Shown here: positions 10,189 through 17,247 of the stretch, in pieces
Layout: each line of letters begins with the position of its first letter
How positions within the stretch are numbered: position 1 is the stretch's first letter
Notes under the pieces: generated by a model
Told to the model about the DNA's origin: nothing
The model's input: the letters and a program-made list of their open reading frames with translations, nothing else
Databases searched by the model: none
Source: Pyrinomonadaceae bacterium
GTDB taxonomy: Bacteria > Acidobacteriota > Blastocatellia > Pyrinomonadales > Pyrinomonadaceae
Length of the DNA: 30,256 nucleotides
Assembly: GCA_035300785.1 (NCBI GenBank)
Contig: DATGVD010000232.1
Span: 1 to 30,256, forward strand
Direction of reading: 5' to 3'
Program-made: the position numbers and the translations under genes

Positions 10189-10310
10189 GTCAGTATCGGG
10201 AGCGGTAGCGACCGGGTACAAGGCGCAATCTGGCACGGAACCGGTTCTTCGTGGCTGCGTCGTTGCCACAAGCGAGAGTCAACCCGGTCGCTACCGCTCC
10301 CGGTACTGAC
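10189..10310. repeat. REP-like inverted repeat pair (29-bp arms)
   Basis: GTCAGTATCGGGAGCGGTAGCGACCGGGT (10189-10217) and ACCCGGTCGCTACCGCTCCCGGTACTGAC (10282-10310) are reverse complements with 1 mismatch. Confidence 0.85.
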
Positions 10311-10583
10311 GCCATAACTGGAATTTCGGTTATTCTTCTTACAACTACCGCGAGAGCCTGCTGGTGGGACCGCGACCGCAAAATTATCACGCGCACTTGC
10401 CGTACACGTCCCTGCGGTTTTATTTTGGACGAAGAGAGTAAGGACCAGGTCTGCGGAAAAGTCTGAGCCACGTAAACTCCGGCGCGGTTATTGACCGCGG
10501 CTGGAGTTTGCTTATGACCGGCAAACAAACCGTCAGGCGTCGAAGCCGGAAGCGGGAGAACACGAGACCATACGCCGACAATA

Positions 10584-11813
10584 ATGAGGGTCACGCATCC
10601 GGTAATCCTAATGTTCATGGTGGCGGCGTCGGTGATTCTTGTGACGTCGCGCTTTGGCCCGAACGCAGATCAAGCCAGCGCCCAGAGCCGTCGCCCGCAG
10701 AAAAAAGTCGCGACGCCAAAGAAACCTCGCATTGATTACACAAAGTTTTCGCACCAGACTCACGCCGTCACGCAAAAGCTCGCTTGCAGTTCATGCCACA
10801 AAGTTCCCTCGAAGAATTGGAAAGAAGTACGTAAAGGCGACGCCGCCTTTCCGGACGTCAGTGATTTTCCCGAGCATGCCACCTGTTTGACCTGTCATCG
10901 CGAACAATTCTTTGCGCGTGAAAGACCCGCGCCGGCGATTTGCTCGAACTGTCACGTCAACAACAGTCCGAAAGACACCAGCCGCTGGCTGTTTCCCAGT
11001 CTCGGCGACGTTAACGATCCGTTGAAGAAGCGCCGGACATTCGTTTCGGAATTCGGCGTCGGTTTCCCGCACGACAAGCACCTCGACGTCGTAGGCGTTA
11101 ACGCGCCAGCGCCCGGAAGAGATCCGCTCGTTTGGTTCGTGACGGTATCGCTGCAGGAAAAGAAAAAGGACGGTCCGCCAAAGAACTGCCCCGTCTGTCA
11201 CGAGACTTATCGGCCACAGGGTAATTCAAGTGAGGAATTCGTGACCAAGCCGCCGAAGAATATCGGCGATGCTTTCTGGCTAAAGAAGGGCACGTTCAAA
11301 ACCACGCCCAACAGTCACACGGTTTGCTTCACCTGCCACAGCGCCGATTCCGGAATTGCGCCCGCGCCGACCGATTGCAACGTTTGCCATAAACTGTCAT
11401 CGCCCCAGGCATTGAAAGTCGATTTCGAGGCGAAACTGGCGACCACCATGGGGATCACGGATGCAACGATATTGAGCAAATGGAGCCAACGCATTTCCGC
11501 CGGCGCTTTCCGTCATGAAGGCGGAGAGCATCCTGACCTGAACTGCATGGGTTGTCATAACGTGGCGAGTTCTGGGTTCAATACGCTTGATTTGAAGACG
11601 CTGAAGGTTCCAGTGCGGTCGTGCGGCGGCGCGGACGGATGTCACGTCACTGCCACAACCGATGATGGTGGAGCTTTGAATTTTGAAATCGATCAGAAGA
11701 AGAAAGATCCTGGGTTTGTTTGTACAAAGTGTCACGTCACCTTTGGCAAGGAAGGCATTCCCGAAGATCATCCGAAGGCGATTCCGACACCGAAAGCGAA
11801 GACGGCGCTGTAA
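10584..11813 (+). CDS. Secreted nonaheme c-type cytochrome (three c7/c3-like triheme domains)
   Basis: Signal-like N-terminus. Eight CxxCH motifs (CSSCH, CLTCH, CSNCH, CPVCH, CFTCH, CNVCH, CMGCH, CTKCH) plus one CX5CH (CGGADGCH). FxHxxH-type distal-ligand motifs FSHQTH, FPHDKH and FRHEGGEH open each domain. Confidence 0.9.
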   Translation: MRVTHPVILMFMVAASVILVTSRFGPNADQASAQSRRPQKKVATPKKPRIDYTKFSHQTHAVTQKLACSSCHKVPSKNWKEVRKGDAAFPDVSDFPEHATCLTCHREQFFARERPAPAICSNCHVNNSPKDTSRWLFPSLGDVNDPLKKRRTFVSEFGVGFPHDKHLDVVGVNAPAPGRDPLVWFVTVSLQEKKKDGPPKNCPVCHETYRPQGNSSEEFVTKPPKNIGDAFWLKKGTFKTTPNSHTVCFTCHSADSGIAPAPTDCNVCHKLSSPQALKVDFEAKLATTMGITDATILSKWSQRISAGAFRHEGGEHPDLNCMGCHNVASSGFNTLDLKTLKVPVRSCGGADGCHVTATTDDGGALNFEIDQKKKDPGFVCTKCHVTFGKEGIPEDHPKAIPTPKAKTAL

Positions 11814-11818
11814 GGAAC

Positions 11819-12850
11819 ATGAACGACACCGCAAGAAGAGATGAGGCATTGAGTGGGCGTTGGCGGCGGCGTAGGGCTCAGGAGCCCTCTCCCTTTGGGA
11901 GAGGGTTGGGTGAGGGCCTGTCGGCGCCACGCTTCGCGGCCTCTCCCCCTGTCCCTGCCCCTCTCTCAAACGGAGAGGGGGAAAAGCCCTGCGTATCAAT
12001 CCGATCACTCACCGTCGGCGTCGTATTCGTGTGCGCCGTGATCGGATTGACGCTCGTTACTGTTTTGAACTCGCGCGCTTCTGAATCGACGGCTAACTTA
12101 ACCGAATCGCCGACGCCACAGGAGCAGATGCAATTTCCCGAAGGGTTGGATTACGGAAAGTTCCTCCACGGCAGCCGCAACCATTCACGTTTGCCGTGTC
12201 TGCTCTGTCATCGTCGCGACTCGAATTCACCCATTCCGAAACTGCCGGGCGGTTCCAATCACCTGCCCTGCGCCGGCTGTCATGCGCAACAGTTTTCAAG
12301 CTCTGAGAGTCCCATCTGCACCATCTGTCACACCGACGTAAAATCCGGAGCCCTGAAATCGTTTCCTCGTTTGAAGAGCTTTCGGATGAAGTTCGATCAC
12401 TCGCTGCACGTGAAGATGGGCAGCGTCAGTTGTGCGACGTGCCATCGACCGGCGAGTGGTGGCGTTGCCCTCTCGATACCTGCGGGATTCAACGCGCACA
12501 CAACTTGTTATGGATGCCACACCGCGCGCGCGCAATCCGGCGGCCGCGACATCTCTTCGTGTGGCACGTGTCATCAGTTGGGTGGGTATTCCCGAACTTC
12601 CGCGTCGGCCGCAGCCTTCCGCGTGGGATTCAATCATGCCAGGCATCAAAAAGTAACCTGCAACGAATGCCACCAGGTTAGGGCGGGAATGCCGCAACGA
12701 AGACAGGTCACCGCGCCGGAAGCGCTCAACCATCACGCGACGGGTCGCGGGCAAAGCTGCATGACTTGCCACGATGGCAAGCGCGCGTTTGGCGACGATG
12801 ACTTCACAGTTTGTAAGCGGTGCCATACGGCAGCAACGTGGCACTTTTGA
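11819..12850 (+). CDS. Nonaheme c-type cytochrome (three c7-like domains), paralog of the upstream gene
   Basis: ATG at 11819 with AAGGAA RBS, 5 nt after the upstream stop. Hydrophobic segment SLTVGVVFVCAVIGLTLVTVL. Nine CxxCH motifs (CLLCH, CAGCH, CTICH, CATCH, CYGCH, CGTCH, CNECH, CMTCH, CKRCH) with FLHGSRNH, FDHSLH and FNHARH. Confidence 0.9.
   Translation: MNDTARRDEALSGRWRRRRAQEPSPFGRGLGEGLSAPRFAASPPVPAPLSNGEGEKPCVSIRSLTVGVVFVCAVIGLTLVTVLNSRASESTANLTESPTPQEQMQFPEGLDYGKFLHGSRNHSRLPCLLCHRRDSNSPIPKLPGGSNHLPCAGCHAQQFSSSESPICTICHTDVKSGALKSFPRLKSFRMKFDHSLHVKMGSVSCATCHRPASGGVALSIPAGFNAHTTCYGCHTARAQSGGRDISSCGTCHQLGGYSRTSASAAAFRVGFNHARHQKVTCNECHQVRAGMPQRRQVTAPEALNHHATGRGQSCMTCHDGKRAFGDDDFTVCKRCHTAATWHF
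11885..11981. repeat. CCCTCTCCC-type palindromic (REP-like) doublet inside the cytochrome ORF
   Basis: A perfect hairpin CCCTCTCCC-TTT-GGGAGAGGG (11885-11905) followed by TTGGGTGAGGG. A degenerate inverted copy CCCTGTCCCTGCCCCTCTCTCAAACGGAGAGGGG ends at about 11981. Confidence 0.8.
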
Positions 12851-12862
12851 AAAGCAAGAGGT

Positions 12863-12937
12863 GTTCAGAGTACCGACTTTAGTCGGGTATTTGATCGATA
12901 AAAGAAGACAGACCCGACTAAAGTCGGTACTCTAAAC
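12863..12937. repeat. REP-like inverted repeat pair (26-bp arms, each with an internal CCGACT/AGTCGG palindrome)
   Basis: GTTCAGAGTACCGACTTTAGTCGGGT (12863-12888) and ACCCGACTAAAGTCGGTACTCTAAAC (12912-12937) are reverse complements with 1 mismatch. Confidence 0.88.
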
Positions 12938-12955
12938 CACGAAAGGGAGTTCACC

Positions 12956-13537
12956 ATGAAAGTCCTTACAATACTCGCAGCCTTTATTCTTGCGATTTTT
13001 CTGGTCTCGAGCACGACGAAGATCACGACGGACGCATCAGCTCAGGACGGAAAGAAGCCGCCGGAAGTGATCACGCTGGGAGCGGATGCGAAGCTTGGAC
13101 CGGTTAAGTTCAACCACCTCGATCACATCACTAAGAAATGGAGCGCCGACGGTACCGGCCTGATCGCTTGCGTCGAGTGTCACCACACCGCGCAGCCGGC
13201 AGCTGAGGCGCTCAAGCACCCTCCACACAAGACGGCATGGCCGGCGGATCGCACTACCACTTTGACGGCAGAGTTGCTTGAGAAAGATTCTAATGCGGTC
13301 GGTGCTGTTTGTCGCGATTGCCATGCGCGCGCGGATACCAAGCCGAAGCTGCTGCCGGAGATTCCGCAGGTCAAGTTTGAAGGCAGTACAGAGCCGACAG
13401 TCATGACTAACCAACAGGCGTTCCATCGCAGGTGCGGTGACTGCCACGATGAAGCGGTGAAGGCCAGACCGACTTTGGATCCGGCACCGCCAACCTCGAA
13501 GAAGTACCTGCAGTGTCACAAGAAGTCGGCGGCTTGA
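12956..13537 (+). CDS. Periplasmic cytochrome c3 (class III)-like protein with 3 intact heme motifs and 1 degenerate
   Basis: AGGGAG RBS, Sec signal peptide ending ASA-Q, FNHLDH, CVECHH, CRDCH, AFHRRCGDCH and a terminal YLQCH. Confidence 0.88.
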   Translation: MKVLTILAAFILAIFLVSSTTKITTDASAQDGKKPPEVITLGADAKLGPVKFNHLDHITKKWSADGTGLIACVECHHTAQPAAEALKHPPHKTAWPADRTTTLTAELLEKDSNAVGAVCRDCHARADTKPKLLPEIPQVKFEGSTEPTVMTNQQAFHRRCGDCHDEAVKARPTLDPAPPTSKKYLQCHKKSAA

Positions 13538-13615
13538 TTGGCACGGGCCTCTCGCCCGTGAATCACGCTCAGGATCAGGTTGTGATTCCTTGAGAGTCGC
13601 GGGAAGATAGGCGCA

Positions 13616-15190
13616 ATGGGTGAAGCGGTCGACAGGAAAGTACCGGCACTCTTTCATAACTACTCAAGCTTTGCCGGTTTCGCCATCGCCATCGCAAGTT
13701 TGTGCAGCATTATCCTGCTGTTCCTCATTGAACTTACCGGAAGCACCAATACCGCATATCTCGGAATATTCGCTTACGTAATCCTTCCTGCGGGTCTGGT
13801 TTTCGGTCTGGTCGTAATTGGCGCCGGAATGTTACTTGAACGCCGCCGCCGCAGCAGCAGGCTTTCTCCTGCTGAAATTGCCGCGTTTCCCAGAATCGAT
13901 TTCAACAACCCCGGCAGCCGCCGCGCGTTCTTTACCTTCATCGGTCTGAGCATGATTTTTGTTTTCATGAGTGCGTTCGGCAGTTATCGCGCTTTCGAGC
14001 ACACCGAATCGGTAGCCTTCTGCGGGACCACCTGCCACCAGACGATGAAGCCTGAATACGTCGCCTTCCAGGTTTCTTCGCACGCGCGCCTGCGTTGCGT
14101 CGACTGTCACGTCGGTTCGGGTGCGGAATGGTACGCCGGCTCAAAAATTACCGGCGCCTATCAGCTCTATGCCGTCACCTTTAACAAGGTGCCCAGGCCG
14201 ATCACCACGCCGGTTCACAACATGCGGCCGGCCCGTGATACTTGCGAACAGTGTCACTGGCCGGCGAAGTTCTATGGCAATCAATTCAGGAGTCTTACTC
14301 ACTACGCCAATGATGAGCAGAACTCCGCGCGCACTATTCGCTTGTTAGTAAACGTGGGAGGCGGCGACCCCACCACCGGAGCAGTCGCGGGCATTCACTG
14401 GCACATGAACATTGCTAACGAGATCACCTTCATTGGATCTGATGATCATTGGCAGGTAATTCCCTGGATTCGACTTAAGGACAGTCAGGGTAATGTCACC
14501 GAATATACAGATCGAAATCGACCTCCTACTTCTCAGCAGCTGGCCACGGCCGAGAGGCGACGAATGGACTGCATCGATTGTCACAATCGTCCCGCGCACA
14601 TTTACCTGCCGCCCGACGTGGCCGTCGATCAGGGTTTCGTTGCCGGCCGGTTGGATCTTTCGCTCCCGTATCTCAAGCGTCAGGCGGTTGAAGTTCTGAG
14701 CGCCCGATACGACACAACCCCTCAAGCCCTCAGTTCAATTGATAAGGGCCTGAACGAGTACTATCAAACGAACTACAAAGACGTGTACTCAGAAAAGCAG
14801 GCCGCCATCAAGGGCGCCGTCACGGAAGTTCAGCGGATCTTTCAGACTTACTTTTTCCCGGAGATGAAGACCGACTGGCAGACCCACCCAAACAATATTG
14901 GTCATCTTTATTTCTCGGGCTGCTTCCGCTGTCACGACGGCGAGCACGTCAGCAACACCGGCAAAGTTATCACCAACAACTGCAACCTCTGCCACACGGT
15001 AATCTACGACTCGCTTAATCCAGCCGCGTCGGTAAAGACCGGACCATTCCAACACCCGGTTGATCTCGGCTCGCTGGCCGACCGCAAATGCGAGTCTTGC
15101 CACAAAGCTAACAAGCCATTCCAACATCCGATTAATCTTGGTGATATCTCGATGTTCCAGTGTGTTGAGTGCCATTCGCTAAAGAAATGA
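13616..15190 (+). CDS. NapC/NirT-type membrane-anchored octaheme cytochrome c (putative quinol dehydrogenase)
   Basis: Three N-terminal TM segments, FCGTTCH (CX3CH) followed by MKPEY…SSHARLRCVDCHVG as in the NapC/NirT N-terminal domain, then CEQCH, CIDCH, CFRCH, CNLCH, CESCH and CVECH. Confidence 0.88.
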   Translation: MGEAVDRKVPALFHNYSSFAGFAIAIASLCSIILLFLIELTGSTNTAYLGIFAYVILPAGLVFGLVVIGAGMLLERRRRSSRLSPAEIAAFPRIDFNNPGSRRAFFTFIGLSMIFVFMSAFGSYRAFEHTESVAFCGTTCHQTMKPEYVAFQVSSHARLRCVDCHVGSGAEWYAGSKITGAYQLYAVTFNKVPRPITTPVHNMRPARDTCEQCHWPAKFYGNQFRSLTHYANDEQNSARTIRLLVNVGGGDPTTGAVAGIHWHMNIANEITFIGSDDHWQVIPWIRLKDSQGNVTEYTDRNRPPTSQQLATAERRRMDCIDCHNRPAHIYLPPDVAVDQGFVAGRLDLSLPYLKRQAVEVLSARYDTTPQALSSIDKGLNEYYQTNYKDVYSEKQAAIKGAVTEVQRIFQTYFFPEMKTDWQTHPNNIGHLYFSGCFRCHDGEHVSNTGKVITNNCNLCHTVIYDSLNPAASVKTGPFQHPVDLGSLADRKCESCHKANKPFQHPINLGDISMFQCVECHSLKK

Positions 15191-15447
15191 AGCCGGCGCG
15201 TCTACTGAAGCAAATGCGCGAAAAACTCTCGCAGCCTGCGCAAAAACCCGCAGATGCTGGGCTAAGGGCCTGCTCTAAGGCCGCTTTGCGCGGGCGAACT
15301 TCACGCTTGATGCAATGGCTGGATGCGTCGATGGTAACGCTGATCGTGGGCCGTCTGAAGATTGATCCAAAACTCGGGTGCGCTGCGGCGCCCTTCACAA
15401 AAGTCAGGACTGCATCCCAGGTTGGTGAGCGACCTGAGCTGTCTGTC

Positions 15448-15720
15448 TCATTCCTGATAATGGTCGATCAGCCTGCTCTGTAACGCGGAAGGAACGGTTT
15501 TCCAGTTGGACATGGACAGTTCTCGAGGTGAAAAGTCGGCCGCGTGCACGCGGGCGCCGCGCCATTGTTCGAGCCGTTTCTCATAACGCCAACGGTAGTA
15601 CGGACCGTCCGCACGCCGGCTATAAAATACGCGATCGCCGCTGGTGGCCTCCAGGGCTGTGTCGTTAATATAGATTCGCAAACCGTTGACCATAACGTAA
15701 CTCGTCTCATCACTACTCAT
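15448..15720 (-). CDS. Hypothetical protein (90 aa)
   Basis: Aromatic-rich, globular-looking sequence (FYSRRADGPYYRWRYE…W…HYQE). Its ATG overlaps the TGA of the upstream omega-like gene (ATGA coupling at 15717-15720). Confidence 0.7.
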   Translation of the reverse strand: MSSDETSYVMVNGLRIYINDTALEATSGDRVFYSRRADGPYYRWRYEKRLEQWRGARVHAADFSPRELSMSNWKTVPSALQSRLIDHYQE

Positions 15721-15971
15721 TCTGCGTTCCCTTCTTCCGGACTCTGAGTACTGAAGTGCACCAGGCCCCGCTTTATTTCTTCGAGCGCGACGCTCGTGTT
15801 TTTGCGTCTCAAAGGATTGGGTGCGATCCTAGCCGTCGCGCCGTGCAAAAGCTGCTTGGTTCTTAGGGCAGCCACGATGACCAGACGAAAGTCCGAATCC
15901 ATTCCGGATCGTTGCGGGTCAGCTTTAGTCGCGCCGAACCTCTTGCTGGTGCTGTTTTGTGTTGCCGGCAT
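15717..15971 (-). CDS. RNA polymerase omega subunit (RpoZ)-like paralog
   Basis: MDSDFRLVIVAALRTKQLLHGATARI…KNTSVALEEIKRGLVHF matches the omega pattern (DSK(F/Y)RL…AA.R..QL..GA…K.T..A.EEI..G). AGGAG RBS upstream. Confidence 0.7.
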   Translation of the reverse strand: MPATQNSTSKRFGATKADPQRSGMDSDFRLVIVAALRTKQLLHGATARIAPNPLRRKNTSVALEEIKRGLVHFSTQSPEEGNAE

Positions 15972-15993
15972 AAGAGCGGTCTCCTGAACCCTT

Positions 15994-16155
15994 CTAAAGA
16001 AATCTAAGCATCAATAAGAGCGCGGGCAGGGCGAATGCTGCGACTGCGATCACATGCAGCCAACTCAGCGCCAGCCGATGACAATTGGGGCACTTCATCT
16101 TCCATAGCGGCAGGACCGTGCCGCAGCCGTGACAGGACCAGATTATCTTAGTCAT
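15994..16155 (-). CDS. Small Zn-ribbon membrane protein (53 aa), absent from the ORF track
   Basis: Manual translation: MTKIIWSCHGCGTVLPLWKMKCPNCHRLALSWLHVIAVAAFALPALLLMLRFL*. It has two CxxC knuckles and a C-terminal TM helix, with an AGGGGA RBS directly after the upstream stop. Confidence 0.75.
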   Translation of the reverse strand: MTKIIWSCHGCGTVLPLWKMKCPNCHRLALSWLHVIAVAAFALPALLLMLRFL

Positions 16156-16166
16156 TCGTTTTTCCC

Positions 16167-16433
16167 CTACGCCAGGATTGAACGAGACGTATCTTCACGT
16201 GAGCCTTCTTCCCTTTCCGCCATTGACGTGACTTTCTTAAGCTCTGTTTTTCGAAACCCAAAAAAGGTGGCCATCTGGACGATCTGGCTCGGACTCACGA
16301 AGTCTTTCGGGTCGGCGCAAAATTTCTCAAGCCCTGGGCCAAATTCACGACAGCTCATCGCTTTGGGTATCTTAAGACCCAACATGCACTCGCCGGCGGA
16401 CGTATAATTCAAACAGAATTCGCAAACTATCAT
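16167..16433 (-). CDS. Cys-rich hypothetical protein (88 aa)
   Basis: MIVCEFCLNY…C…MSCREF…FC has five Cys in the first 40 aa and sits in an operon-like position. Confidence 0.7.
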   Translation of the reverse strand: MIVCEFCLNYTSAGECMLGLKIPKAMSCREFGPGLEKFCADPKDFVSPSQIVQMATFFGFRKTELKKVTSMAEREEGSREDTSRSILA

Positions 16434-16460
16434 TTGCCCTCAGTCTTAGTGAAAGGGGTG

Positions 16461-16763
16461 TTAGATCAGGTCGCGACTGAGCACGGCAAGCTCCAGGTGA
16501 CTCAAAGCAACGCCGCGCTTCATACTTGTGGAAGCCTTCTCGACCAGCCAGAAATATGAGGGACGTTCACCGTCTGTGGGCTCAAGATCCTTGAGCGCGC
16601 GCTCGTCGAGAAGCACCGGCTTGAAAACTAACATCTCTACGTTGAAGGCCCGCGCCTGCATTGCTTCGCGGTTGCTGGAAAAGACGGGCACGCGAAAACT
16701 CCCGCGCTCTTTCAGCGCGAACCAGTCGCCGTTGGCACGTTGCATGGCGTATATGTCGCTCAT
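16461..16763 (-). CDS. Hypothetical protein (100 aa)
   Basis: Protein-like composition (IYAMQRANGDWFAL…VPVFSS..EAMQAR). The ATG lies 4 nt after the STAS stop. Confidence 0.7.
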   Translation of the reverse strand: MSDIYAMQRANGDWFALKERGSFRVPVFSSNREAMQARAFNVEMLVFKPVLLDERALKDLEPTDGERPSYFWLVEKASTSMKRGVALSHLELAVLSRDLI

Positions 16764-16767
16764 CGCG

Positions 16768-17205
16768 TTAATGGTCTTTCAGAGAGCTCGCGTTTTGGAT
16801 GTTCCTGCTCGGGCCAGGAACTGTTTCCGCTGCGGCCAGGGCGTCGCCCGCGAAGCTATCGACGGCCTGGGATTCAGTCTCGTAAACGTCGAAGACGGTT
16901 TGGAGTTTTGTAGTCATCATCAGCTCGCGCAGCATTTGTGTAAGATTAAGCAGCTTGAACTGCCCGCCGCTCCTGGTCACCACCATGTAGGTCGAGACCA
17001 ACTCGCCCAATCCTCGTGCGTCAATTGAGGCAACACCCTCAAGATTCAGAAGGATGTGGTGTTGCCCTTGTTCCAGCAAAGAGTCAACGGCGCTCGGCAA
17101 TGAGACACTGCTCCCCCCGAATCTCAACCCGATTCTTATCTCACCATCTGCACTCAGAATGGTGACGTTTCCGACTCGCCGCTCTTTGATACCAATATTA
17201 CTCAC
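16768..17205 (-). CDS. STAS-domain anti-sigma-factor antagonist-like protein
   Basis: ERRVGNVTIL…GEIRIG, ILLNLEGVASIDARGLGELVS, GGQFKLLNL and LQTVFDVYETESQAVDSF motifs. GTG start. Confidence 0.88.
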   Translation of the reverse strand: MSNIGIKERRVGNVTILSADGEIRIGLRFGGSSVSLPSAVDSLLEQGQHHILLNLEGVASIDARGLGELVSTYMVVTRSGGQFKLLNLTQMLRELMMTTKLQTVFDVYETESQAVDSFAGDALAAAETVPGPSRNIQNASSLKDH

Positions 17206-17247
17206 TGCGCTGCTTCGATCTTTGTCAGACAGGGAAAGTTCATAAGA

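Noticed and set aside
10190-10618. 142-aa minus-strand ORF and the overlapping plus-strand ORFs upstream of the cytochromes, considered as a possible missing partner or porin
   Set aside because: They run through the REP arms, show no recognisable motifs and are far too short for a beta-barrel.
11397-12008. 203-aa antisense ORF containing PHPTLSQRER
   Set aside because: This peptide is the reverse-strand translation of the CCCTCTCCC palindrome, and the ORF is a shadow of the cytochrome genes.
13538-13561. TTGGCACG as a sigma54 promoter for the NapC-like gene
   Set aside because: The -12 position reads TCTC rather than TTGC. The segment is better explained as a small CACGGGC/GCCCGTG hairpin.
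10584-15190. Calling the cluster MtrCAB/PioAB, Nrf, Hao or a hydrogenase-linked Hmc complex
   Set aside because: There is no porin, no CxxCK catalytic motif, no decaheme MtrA pattern and no Fe-S or membrane b subunit in the window.
15132-15483. ORFs 15169-15483 (+) and 15132-15398 (-) between the convergent clusters
   Set aside because: Both overlap real genes and lack an RBS or recognisable motifs, so neither can be supported.
16078-16092. CPNCH in the 53-aa protein as a heme-binding site
   Set aside because: There is no export signal before it and it pairs with a second CxxC knuckle, so a Zn ribbon is more parsimonious.
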